From contig CAZZIG010000070.1 in assembly GCA_964653975.1 (NCBI GenBank), positions 3,198 through 67,197 on the forward strand: a stretch of 64,000 nucleotides of DNA. The letters are read 5' to 3'. This DNA is from an uncultured Acidimicrobiaceae bacterium. GTDB lineage: Bacteria > Actinomycetota > Acidimicrobiia > Spongiisociales > ZC4RG35. Shown piece by piece: positions 18,525 through 26,912 of this stretch. Position numbers and translations under genes: made by a program. The notes under the pieces are model-generated. The model saw nothing but the letters and a program-made list of their open reading frames with translations. It was not told the origin of the DNA and did not search any database. Positions within the stretch are counted from its first letter, which is position 1, and every line of letters starts with the position of its first letter.

Positions 18525-19259
18525 TTAATCGGCAGAGGTCAGGTGGGGTGGCGTCAAGTCGCCCGAAACGATGGCGGCGGAGATGTCTCGCAGCCGCTCG
18601 TTGTTGTTGCGGGCATGATCCCGGATGCGCCTGAAAGCCTCGTCCATGGTCAGGCCGGTGACATGTGCGACGATCCCTTTCGCCTGCTCTATCACCACCC
18701 GGGTCTCGAGAGCTGTTCGCAGCTGGGAGATCAGCGTCCGGTCGTCGATGGTCGACCGGTCCTGGAGAACGGCGATTGTGGCCAGATCCGCCAGAGCCTG
18801 GGCGACGGTCAAGTCCTCGTCGGTGAGGTCGACTGTCTCGGTCAAGAACAGGTTGAGCGCCCCCACGACCTGACCGCGGAGGCGCATCGGAACAGCTGTG
18901 ACCGCGCTGAATCCGGCCGAGAATGCCGCCTCCCCGAACTCTGTCCATCTGTGCCGAGCCTGAGATCCGGCAAGGTCGCCAGACCTGACCGGCCGGCCGG
19001 TCCGAAACGCCTCCATACCCGGGCCCCCCTGGTTAACCAGCTCCAAGAGTTCGACTACGCCGGTCGCTTCGCTGCTCGCCGCCACCACCCGCAACACACC
19101 GTTGCCTTCGGTCACCAACAACCCCGCCTGTGCCACATCCAACAGATCAGTACAACTCACTACCAGCTCATAGAACAAGTCGACCGCGTCGAAGTCCGAG
19201 ACCAGCGTGTCCGCCATGCTCACCAGCACCCGGACCAACCGACCCTCCCTTGACGTCAT
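18525..19259 (-). CDS. GAF + ANTAR domain regulator (second copy)
   Basis: GAF (…VAQAGLLVTEGNGVLRVVAASSE…MRLRGQVVGALNLF…) plus ANTAR (IEQAKGIVAHVTGLTMDEAFRRIRDHARNNNERLRDISAAIV). Confidence 0.75.
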   Translation of the reverse strand: MTSREGRLVRVLVSMADTLVSDFDAVDLFYELVVSCTDLLDVAQAGLLVTEGNGVLRVVAASSEATGVVELLELVNQGGPGMEAFRTGRPVRSGDLAGSQARHRWTEFGEAAFSAGFSAVTAVPMRLRGQVVGALNLFLTETVDLTDEDLTVAQALADLATIAVLQDRSTIDDRTLISQLRTALETRVVIEQAKGIVAHVTGLTMDEAFRRIRDHARNNNERLRDISAAIVSGDLTPPHLTSAD

Positions 19260-19687
19260 GACGAAAGGGTAGACCCCAGAGTTCGCAGGCGAAACGGGAA
19301 GCCGGGGTCCCGGCCCACAGACGCAATGTCGGAGAGTCCTTGCCGTTCTACGTCAAAGGTGAGCGTCGCTGTTCGGGCTCGGATAGCGAGCAGCGACACG
19401 CCTGACCAATCTCTGCGATTCCGACGTGCTCACACCGAACGAGGGGATGAAGCAACTCCTCGATGTTGGCCGACGCTCCGGTGGGAGGGGCACAGATGGC
19501 ATGATCGTTGGTGTTCCGTCTTTTTCGGATGGGCCGCCGCAACAGTCTCCCGAGCGCCCGAAGCAAAGGCCCCCCTCGAGGCAGAGACGGCAAACGCGCG
19601 GAACCCCCACCCAGCCGAGTCGGTGTTGAGGAGCCCGCCAGGACCGATATACTTCAACGGTCGGCCCGGACTCTCGGGCAAGCTCCA

Positions 19688-19765
19688 GGGCGCGTAGAAC
19701 AGTCTGGAGTGTTCGCCGGCCTGTCAAGCCGGAGGTCGCGGGTTCAAATCCCGTCGTGCCCGCCA
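19688..19765 (+). tRNA. tRNA-Asp (GUC)
   Basis: Hand-folded cloverleaf: acceptor GGGCGCG/CGUGCCC, D-arm GAAC…GUUC, anticodon stem CCGGC/GCCGG with loop CUGUCAA (anticodon GUC), T-arm GCGGG-UUCAAAU-CCCGU, discriminator G, encoded CCA. Confidence 0.9.
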
Positions 19766-19791
19766 ACCGATTCCGCGAGAATTGGTTGCAT

Positions 19792-19864
19792 GGTCAGGTA
19801 GCTCAGTTGGTAGAGCGCCGGTCTGAAAAACCGGAGGTCGACGGATCGACGCCGTCCCTGACCA
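19792..19864 (+). tRNA. tRNA-Phe (GAA)
   Basis: Acceptor GGUCAGG/CCUGACC, D-arm GCUC-AGUUGGUA-GAGC, anticodon stem CCGGU/ACCGG with loop CUGAAAA (anticodon GAA), T-arm GACGG-AUCGACG-CCGUC with an unusual A54, discriminator A; CCA not fully encoded. Confidence 0.82.
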
Positions 19865-20197
19865 CCTAGCTGCGTAAACGCCCGAGACGCCTTGTGGCAG
19901 CCGGAGTCTCTGCGTGCCTGCTCGACGGTTTCGCGACATTGCGCGACGATTCAGGTCGTTTCATGGACTCTCGCGGAGTATCCGCGTGCTCCTCCGTCGG
20001 GAGAGCATTCCGAACAGCATCCAGCGGCTCCGGAGTGGGAGGGTCACCGTCAGTGGTGAGAGAATGAACATGAGGCGAACCAGATGGCCCACGCACTCGA
20101 GACATATGCCAGATGCCGTTGGTGAACGAGTATTTCGACCCTGGCCGGGCGAGGCGGGGTCGACGAATATTCGATCAGATAGCACTCAGGAGCTGGG

Positions 20198-20689
20198 ATG
20201 TCTGCGATAGCCCCATCGAGAGGCGCGGCTGAAACTGGTGAGAGTCGGCGGCTGCCATGGAGCATCGTGGTGCTGGCAGTGCTCCTCGGGTTTCTCATCA
20301 TCGGCACCTTCGAGGCGGCCCGGGCAATGACCACCAATCCATTAGAGCCTCTCGGCATGACGACAGAGTGGCTGGAGAACACGCCCGTCGAAACCTACTT
20401 CTGGCCCGGCATCTTCTTCGGCGGAATGACCCTGGCCTCCCTGGTAACTCTGACTGGCCTCCTTTTCCGCTGGTCTTGGAGATGGGCCCGACGCATCGAG
20501 GCCCTCATTGGCTATCGCTGGCCGTGGTTGGGCGCGGTGTCGACCGGAATAGTGCTGCTTGTCTTCGAGATCATCGAGCTGTTTCTGGTGCCATTCCATC
20601 CGGTAATGCACCCGCTGTTGATCGTCTGGTCGGTGGCCATCATCGGGTTGCCATTCACCCGCACGGCAAGACACTGGCTGAAGGTCTAG
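20198..20689 (+). CDS. hypothetical membrane protein (4 predicted TM helices)
   Basis: Hydrophobic ORF LPWSIVVLAVLLGFLIIGTF…; lies in the lower-GC region downstream of tRNA-Phe. Confidence 0.5.
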   Translation: MSAIAPSRGAAETGESRRLPWSIVVLAVLLGFLIIGTFEAARAMTTNPLEPLGMTTEWLENTPVETYFWPGIFFGGMTLASLVTLTGLLFRWSWRWARRIEALIGYRWPWLGAVSTGIVLLVFEIIELFLVPFHPVMHPLLIVWSVAIIGLPFTRTARHWLKV

Positions 20690-20745
20690 AGATCACCGAG
20701 ATCATTCCGCTCTTTTCCCTGGCCCGCAGCACCGGCCAAGGACGC

Positions 20746-21237
20746 TCAACTCTCCTTGCCCACCATCTCGGCTACAGCCCACTGGTGGATCCGCTTCAAC
20801 GTCTCCAATTGCTCGCTTGCCCGTTCCTCGAGAGCGACAAAGTCGAAGTCGGACCATTCGGGATGAGACGGGGCCGCTGTGTGCAATGCCACCCACAGAC
20901 TCTGCTTTCCGCGGATGCCGGACATGAGAGCTTCCAGCTCCAAGACTCTGCTCAGGGGTGAATATGTGAGGAGATGGCCGTTCAGCTTCAATCGGCCGGC
21001 CCGCTCGGTGAGCAGAGCTGCCGCCCTCTTGAAGTCTCCTCCCGTGACCCCGACCGCGGTCCGGACATCGTCCAAGGCGGCCAGATCCTGTTCGATCGAC
21101 TCGGCGACCTTCTCGATGATCGGCCCCCACTCCGTGCGGCGATTGCTGCGCCAGATCCGCCTGACCAACGCTCGCCCCGCAGTGGCTCCAGCGCGGTGGT
21201 CGTTCAGGTATGTCTCCCAATACTGCTTTGTTTCCAT
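20746..21237 (-). CDS. hypothetical protein
   Basis: Start at METKQYWETY… is preceded by a strong SD (aaaggag); the longer track ORF is an upstream extension; no family recognised. Confidence 0.5.
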   Translation of the reverse strand: METKQYWETYLNDHRAGATAGRALVRRIWRSNRRTEWGPIIEKVAESIEQDLAALDDVRTAVGVTGGDFKRAAALLTERAGRLKLNGHLLTYSPLSRVLELEALMSGIRGKQSLWVALHTAAPSHPEWSDFDFVALEERASEQLETLKRIHQWAVAEMVGKES

Positions 21238-21442
21238 TTCGGAACGCTCCTTTGACGGACGTTCTTGCCCGGCAGCCAGTGTTCCCAACCGGTTTGTGCG
21301 TTCCTCGTTCCCCCCAGACTCGAACAACCGACCTGGTGAAGCCCATACGTGGCGATGTGGCGCAGACCCTGAATCGCCAGCGGAACGTCCGAAGTCCGTA
21401 TGTAGCCTGGCGACAAACGGCTGAGTCCTTCGAGGAGAGTGG

Positions 21443-21821
21443 TGTGGGTGGCTTCGTGACGGGATCGAGAGAGATCGCGGCCGCCCCCTCCACCGTCTGG
21501 GCGATACTCGCCGATGTCGAACGCTGGCCGGAGAGACTCACTCCGCATCTGAAGTCGGCTGCCTTACACGGCCCCCTCGAAACCGGAACGAAAGGCTCAG
21601 AACCGCTCACAATTGCGACACATACTCGATCTGGTGGCATCAGGTGCGGTTCGGGTGGAGATAGCGTCGATCCTTCCCCTCGCCGACGCAGCGAGGCGCA
21701 ACGGCTGAGTGAGTCCGGTCACACGCGAGGGAAGATCGTCCTCGTCCCCTCACAACGCTTAAGCCCCGAGGTTCGCTTCTGCCTCGACACGAGGTTGCGG
21801 CACGTCGGACCGAGCGCATAG
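21443..21821 (+). pseudogene. SRPBCC (polyketide cyclase/dehydrase-like) gene remnant
   Basis: N-terminal ~55 aa (IAAAPSTVWAILADVERWPERLTPHLKSAALHGPLETGTKGSEPL) match the SRPBCC fold; the reading then decays into Arg/Gly-rich nonsense, and alternative frames hit stops. Confidence 0.4.
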
Positions 21822-21896
21822 GCCAATGTTCGGTCAGCTCTGAGCTGTCGTCATTGGACATCTTCTGTTCCCGTTGGGGCTGGTACCGTCCGCGCC

Positions 21897-22178
21897 GTGA
21901 AAAGGTGGAGGAGGAACAGATCGGTGGCGATGCTGTTCGTCGTCTGCTCATCGCTCGTGCTCGCATCCTGTTCCAGCGCCCCAGATTCACGGCGTGCGAC
22001 CGAGGTCTTCGCCGAGTGTCTGGAGCGAAACGGAGTCGAGGTGCAAGATCTCGAAGTCACCCTCGACGCGGACGGCTCGGTGGGAAGCATCTCGGCCACC
22101 ATCCTGGGCGAGGCCGACGTGCCCTACGAGCCGACCATCCGCCTCGCCTGCACCGAAGAGGTCGAACTCGACCGCTGA
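21897..22178 (+). CDS. small putative lipoprotein
   Basis: Signal peptide plus lipobox (MLFVVCSSLVLASCSS), about 90 aa; overlapped by a longer alternative-frame ORF judged spurious. Confidence 0.45.
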   Translation: MKRWRRNRSVAMLFVVCSSLVLASCSSAPDSRRATEVFAECLERNGVEVQDLEVTLDADGSVGSISATILGEADVPYEPTIRLACTEEVELDR

Positions 22179-22259
22179 GACTTCGAGTCGGCGGAACCGA
22201 CCGACTCGGTGCCCACTATCTGCTCGTCATGGTCGGACATGCGCTAGTGAGGGATCGAG

Positions 22260-22583
22260 TTACCGCACCCCGAAGGGGAGGTCCTCGACCACCCAACCCC
22301 ACATCGCCCAGCCCGCGGTCACATAGGCCCACAGGGCGACGAGCGCGACGGGGGCCGTTGCGAGCACCCAGTACGACCCTCTCCGCATGAGCCGGTAGGC
22401 GACCCACAACCCCACGAGCCAGCCTCCCCACAGAGGCACCAACCAAAGCCTCGGCACGAAGAGCAACCCGCCAATCAGGAAGACCAGCCCTGCTGCCACA
22501 TAGGCAAGGAACCCGACGTAGGTCAGCGGCGGCCTCGAGTGCTCGGTCCTCTCCTTCCGATCGATGTGACCCTGCATGGGCAC
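22260..22583 (-). CDS. small membrane protein (Trp-rich, 3 TM)
   Basis: …YVGFLAYVAAGLVFLIGGLLFVPRLWLVPLWGGWLVGLWVAYRL…. Confidence 0.45.
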   Translation of the reverse strand: MPMQGHIDRKERTEHSRPPLTYVGFLAYVAAGLVFLIGGLLFVPRLWLVPLWGGWLVGLWVAYRLMRRGSYWVLATAPVALVALWAYVTAGWAMWGWVVEDLPFGVR

Positions 22584-22837
22584 TCCTTCTCATCGGATCG
22601 TCTGACTCCATCATCGAATCGGGGCCGTTCCCTCGTAAGAGCCGAACGTCACAACTACGAAGCGAACAGTCGGAGACGTCAGCGTGGAGATGTCAGCTCC
22701 TCAGAGACTTCAGGATTTGGCAGGTCGAGAGGTCTCTGCCTTCGGTCGAGCGATCGCGGAAACGTACGACCTCGTCATCGACCGAGGCGGTGAGGACCTG
22801 CCACGACCCATCCCACGGGCGAAGAGCAATCATCTGC

Positions 22838-23367
22838 TCAGAGGACGTCGCGGTAGACGAGTGTTCTGCCCGAAGGGAGCGTAGCCAGCGCTTGAAATCC
22901 CTCCCTCTCGAACATCGCGAGGGTGCCAGTGGAGAAACCAGGAGGGAGCCGCCCATCACGGACCGAGGTGTCGATCGGATAGCCCTCGATGGCACGCGCC
23001 CGTTGACGACGAGCGTGGTCGATGGCACGGTTGAGAAGGGTCGTTGCGATCCCCTGACGGCGAAGCGGCTGCGGCACCAGGATGCAGTAGATGGACCACA
23101 CGTCGGGGTCTTCGCGGTCGTAGCGGCTGTGTCGGGTGACGAGACGGCTGGCGAGAACATGCCGGAGACGGGTCGTGGCTCGACACCACACCATCCCACT
23201 GGTTCTTCCCCGGCCAGCGCCACCAGACCCCGGGGAGGGTCGAGGGCGATGACCTGGTCACGGAGAAGCTCTCGTCGTGATTCCCGCGTGGTCTCCCGTT
23301 GGGCCCGATTCTCGAGAATATGGAAGTGACACCAGCAATTGCGGGTCGAGGCATCCGTCATCAGCAC
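22838..23367 (-). pseudogene. GNAT acetyltransferase disrupted by a frameshift
   Basis: The N-terminal GNAT part (…LVALAGEEPVGWCGVEPRP…) and the C-terminal acetyl-CoA motif (…PQPLRRQGIATTLLNRAIDHARRQRARAIEGYPID…) sit in different frames (track ORFs 22693..23367 and 22838..23194). Confidence 0.5.
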
Positions 23368-23843
23368 CGTCTCGACGGCATCCCACCCGGCGTCACGGCC
23401 GGCACCACCAGTGTTTCGATCTCACTCATGCCCAGAAAATACGCAAGGATCACGAAACGGCTGATCGGTCTGGTCACGTCCTTGATCGTCAGATCACCGG
23501 TCATCTCGCCCCGGGAACCGGCCCAGGTGATCTCTGTCGAGGTGAATGTTGCCTGCGGGAACCTGTCCATGTCGAAGAGGTGGGCGGATCTGAGCTTGTC
23601 GTCCCGGGTCTCGAAACCGCTGTGCACCGAAGCCATCTCGACTGTGGCCGTCACCGAGCTGTCCTACGGTCCCTCCCCGATACGGAGCTCACCATCCACT
23701 TTGGTGAATCGTCCCCTGACTTTGGTCAGCATGAAATGACGTCCCACGAAAGCGACCTCGGCGTGGCTGGGATCGGTCTTCCAGGTTCCCGGGGCGGGAA
23801 GTTCGATCCCCTCCACGAGCCGGGTGGGTGCAGTCTGTGTCAT
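23361..23843 (-). pseudogene. YceI-family gene with an in-frame TAG and a 3' frameshift
   Basis: MTQTAPTRLVEGIELPAPGTWKTDPSHAEVAFVGRHFMLTKVRGRFTKVDGELRIGEGP-TAG-DSSVTATVEMASVHSGFETRDDKLRSAHLFDMDRFPQATFTSTEI…GDLTIKDVTRPI, after which the YceI similarity is lost. Confidence 0.55.
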
Positions 23844-24003
23844 CGGCCTTCTCGTTTCCCTATCGACGAGTCACCGGCTGTGACCGCTGTCTAGAGAGAG
23901 GACGGATGAGCGACGGTTCGTGTGACACGGTCCTTCATGTCGTTCCAGACACCGAGTTGGCGCCAAGCCGCCGACCTCTTCACCGATGGGCGCAGTCAGG
24001 CGG

Positions 24004-24246
24004 CTGGCGGGAGCGCATCGTTGTTTCGGTCCCGCTCCTGCGCATGCAACCGTCTGGTTCTGAGCCGGCGGGCGAGCCGAGGAGGTCTGGTGTCGCGGGG
24101 GCGGATCCTGAAACGCCAGTATCTCCCGCCGGAACGACTCTTCCGGTCCGGAGCAACGTGGGTGCGCTCGGGATTCGCCTTCTCGGTGTTCTGGTCGGCT
24201 CTGCCGTTGAGAACCTCTGACAGGGCGTATATGTGCAACGGGTCCA
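24004..24246 (-). CDS. possible small protein divergent from the LysR regulator (weak)
   Basis: Ideal SD (aaggag-ccacc-ATG) at 24246; N-terminus MDPLHIYALSEVLNGRADQNTEKANPE… is protein-like but the C-terminus is Arg-rich and could be GC-frame artefact. Confidence 0.25.
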
Positions 24247-24430
24247 TGGGTGGCTCCTTGATCATTGGCCACGACCGGGCGGAATCGCCTCGCTCGAGAC
24301 CTCATTCGTTCATCAGATGCCACCATCAGCCTTCGCGCCCCCTGTGTCCAACACCTGTTGACGCGGCATTGACGCATCCGGGTTGTCGATCGAGGAAATC
24401 GCCCAAGAACGTTGGGTCTAATCTGCACCG

Positions 24431-25405
24431 ATGGGCGATCTCGACCTCCGTCTGCTGCGCCAATTCGTGACCGTCGCAGAAGAGCTCCACTTCGGCCGGG
24501 CCGCCGCCCGATTGTTCATCGCTCAGCAGGCACTCAGCCGCTCGATCGCACGGCTCGAGCGTCAACTCGGGGTGAGCCTGTTCGACCGCTCTACCCGGCA
24601 TGTGGCCATCACCCCCGAAGGGGAACGGCTGCTCCCTCTCGCCCGCCAACTGCTGGCACTCGAAGATCGGCTCCTCCAGGAGGTGCGAGGATCCGACCGC
24701 CCACTCGTGGTCGACGTTCTGCGGGACGGGACCACCGCCGCGCGCGTCCTCGACATGGCTCGTGCGATGACAGACGGAGTCCTGCTGGAGGGACGCTTCC
24801 ACGGTGGCCACGGGGCTGCTCTCGCCGCCCTGGCCGCGCACCGCCTCGACGTCACCTTCGGTCGTAGCAGCGTCGACCAAGCCTTCCCCGACCGGTTGAC
24901 CCGCCGGCTGGTCCGGCTCGAGCCCCTAGCGCTGCTCCTCGCCGACGACCACCCCTACGCCGATCTCCCCTCCATGACCGTCGGCATGATGGAAGGTCTC
25001 ACTATCGACACCAGCGCCGGCAACCGTGCTGCTCCCGAATGGGTGGAGTTGGCGACCGAGCTGGTCGAACAGAACGGCGGCACACCCTCACCTGCGCACC
25101 ACCCCGGGATGGAGGCGGTCGCCGCCGCCGGTGTGGCCGAGACCGCGCATCATCTCCGAGCCACCGGGTGGCCGATTCTCAGCATGCTCGACGTACCGGC
25201 CGTCCCCGGAGCGGTCCTGGTTCCGCTCACCGACCCGGTGCCGCTCTACCCATGGACCATGGTCCACCGGCCCAACCTCCGCCATCCCGCTCTGGAGGCT
25301 CTCAACTCCGCGATCGACCGTCTCGTCGAGACGGAGCATTGGCACGAGGTGCCGGCCTCGTTCTGGATGGCGTCCGGCGACCAGGCTCTGCTCGAGACGA
25401 TCTGA
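24431..25405 (+). CDS. LysR family transcriptional regulator
   Basis: [50 protein letters not shown] is the LysR HTH. Confidence 0.85.
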   Translation: MGDLDLRLLRQFVTVAEELHFGRAAARLFIAQQALSRSIARLERQLGVSLFDRSTRHVAITPEGERLLPLARQLLALEDRLLQEVRGSDRPLVVDVLRDGTTAARVLDMARAMTDGVLLEGRFHGGHGAALAALAAHRLDVTFGRSSVDQAFPDRLTRRLVRLEPLALLLADDHPYADLPSMTVGMMEGLTIDTSAGNRAAPEWVELATELVEQNGGTPSPAHHPGMEAVAAAGVAETAHHLRATGWPILSMLDVPAVPGAVLVPLTDPVPLYPWTMVHRPNLRHPALEALNSAIDRLVETEHWHEVPASFWMASGDQALLETI

Positions 25406-25563
25406 ACGACCGCGGAATGACTCGACCGCGTTGCACCCCGTGACGCCGAGCGCTACGTCATGCAGCCCAGAACAGACGACCACAGTTGCCCCGACCACCA
25501 TCCGTCACGGGCCGGGTTTGCAGTGTGTAGCTTCGGGGGTAAGGCCGAGTCGACCAAGGAGGA

Positions 25564-25725
25564 ATGATGAGTGCCAGCGAGAGAACACCGGGAAGCCTGA
25601 CCGACGAGGACATCGAGACCCTGAAGCGGCAGACACCCAAGGCGACGACGAGGGATAGCGACGGCGTCGACTCCACCGACAGCGACGGCGTGGACACCAC
25701 AGACAGCGACTCTCGGGACAGCTGA
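25564..25725 (+). CDS. small acidic ORF with a D/S/T-rich tandem repeat, immediately upstream of and overlapping the JmjC oxygenase
   Basis: SD aaggagg at 25556-25562; product MMSASERTPGSLTDEDIETLKRQTPKATTRDSDGVDSTDSDGVDTTDSDSRDS; a 24-nt near-perfect tandem DNA repeat lies at 25654-25710. Confidence 0.35.
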   Translation: MMSASERTPGSLTDEDIETLKRQTPKATTRDSDGVDSTDSDGVDTTDSDSRDS

Positions 25726-25901
25726 CCCTGCACACTGTCACCGACCCAACCGACCTGGAGGGGCGTGAGGCGCTCGCTCGTGCGGTTGGAGACCTGGAGC
25801 ATTTCGCTCAGAGGCTGTGGGGTAAGAGACCCCAACACCGGAGAGGCGCCGAGCCCAACGGTTTCGACGACCTCCTCTCCCTCGACGACGTAGACCTGAT
25901 C

Positions 25902-26912
25902 GTGTCCACCACGGGTCTCCGTCTCCCTGCGTTTCGGCTGGTCAAGGATGGCGAGACCCTTGCGTCGGGTCGTTACACGAAGACCACACGGACCGGATCA
26001 CACCAGGCCACGGGTGTCATCGACGCCGCGTCGGTGTTCGCCGAGTTCGACAACGGGGCGACCATCGTCTTCCAGAGCATGCATCGCTACTGGGAACCGC
26101 TCGCCAGGTATTGCCGTGGCCTGGAGTTGGCACTGGGCCACCCCGTTCAGGCCAACGCCTACATCACGCCTCCGGGAGCCCAGGGCTTTGGCGCCCATGA
26201 GGACGAGCACGATGTGTTCGTCCTCCAATCACACGGCACCAAGCAGTGGCGTGTCCACAACCTTCACGATCTGGCGCCGACCGGCCCCCTACTGATCGAC
26301 GCCGTCTTGGCGCCGGGAGACTCCTTGTACATCCCCGCCGGATTCCCCCACTCGGCCGCCACCCAAGACCGAGTCTCGGTGCACATCACGATCGGGATCC
26401 TGGCGATCAGATGGACTGTTGCCCTGGACCTGGCCGTCAAACAAATCGCGTCCGACCCGGAACTAAACCAGCCCCTACCTCTCGGATTCGTCTCCAACAC
26501 TGACCGACTGACCGACGAGATCAGCGAGCGTCTGGCGACGATCGCGAAATCTCTCGCCGAACTCGACCCGTCGATGCTGGCTCGCTCCTTGCGCCGCAAG
26601 GTTCTCACCACCAGACAGCCTCTCCTGAGGGGTCAGATCCATCGTCTCCTCACCATCGACGAGATCGACGACGACTCCGTCGTCGCCCGTCGTGAAGGAT
26701 CGATGTGTCATCTGGAGACCGTCGGCGGCCGGCTCTCGGTCCTGCTCGGTGATCGCGAGCTGCGCATGCCCGGCTGGTTGGAGCCGGCCATGACGGTCAT
26801 CGCCTCCGGCGAGCGGGTGAGCGTGGCGGACCTGCCCGGGCCCGACGAGGAGAGCCGACTCGTCCTGATCCGTCGGCTCGTCCGTGAAGGACTGCTCGAG
26901 GTCGTCGGTTGA
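25902..26912 (+). CDS. JmjC / cupin-4 2OG-Fe(II) oxygenase (ribosomal-protein hydroxylase-like); true N-terminus lies upstream
   Basis: Facial triad HxD…H in ANAYITPPGAQGFGAHEDEHDVFVLQSHGTKQWRV. The conserved N-terminal region (…DLEGREALARAVGDLEHFAQRLWGKRPQ…FDDLLSLDDVDLIV) is open in the same frame back to a TAG at 25656 with no ATG/GTG/TTG. Confidence 0.75.
   Translation: MSTTGLRLPAFRLVKDGETLASGRYTKTTRTGSHQATGVIDAASVFAEFDNGATIVFQSMHRYWEPLARYCRGLELALGHPVQANAYITPPGAQGFGAHEDEHDVFVLQSHGTKQWRVHNLHDLAPTGPLLIDAVLAPGDSLYIPAGFPHSAATQDRVSVHITIGILAIRWTVALDLAVKQIASDPELNQPLPLGFVSNTDRLTDEISERLATIAKSLAELDPSMLARSLRRKVLTTRQPLLRGQIHRLLTIDEIDDDSVVARREGSMCHLETVGGRLSVLLGDRELRMPGWLEPAMTVIASGERVSVADLPGPDEESRLVLIRRLVREGLLEVVG

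Noticed and set aside
19353-19939. Minus-strand ORFs 19353..19766 and 19724..19939 (MAGTTGFEPATSGL…, …DLNPRPPA)
   Set aside because: They are reverse-complement translations of the tRNA-Asp and tRNA-Phe genes (T-arm GGTTCAAATCC gives FEP/DLNP artefacts), not proteins.
21854-22390. 178-aa plus ORF overlapping the small lipoprotein ORF in another frame
   Set aside because: Arg-rich artefact; the 93-aa frame with signal peptide/lipobox is the more protein-like reading.
23871-24470. Overlapping ORFs 23871..24428 (-), 23922..24470 (+), 23828..24220 (+)
   Set aside because: Mutually overlapping, Arg/Ser/Pro-rich, no motifs. The region is treated as non-coding apart from the weak SD-bearing small ORF noted in the findings.
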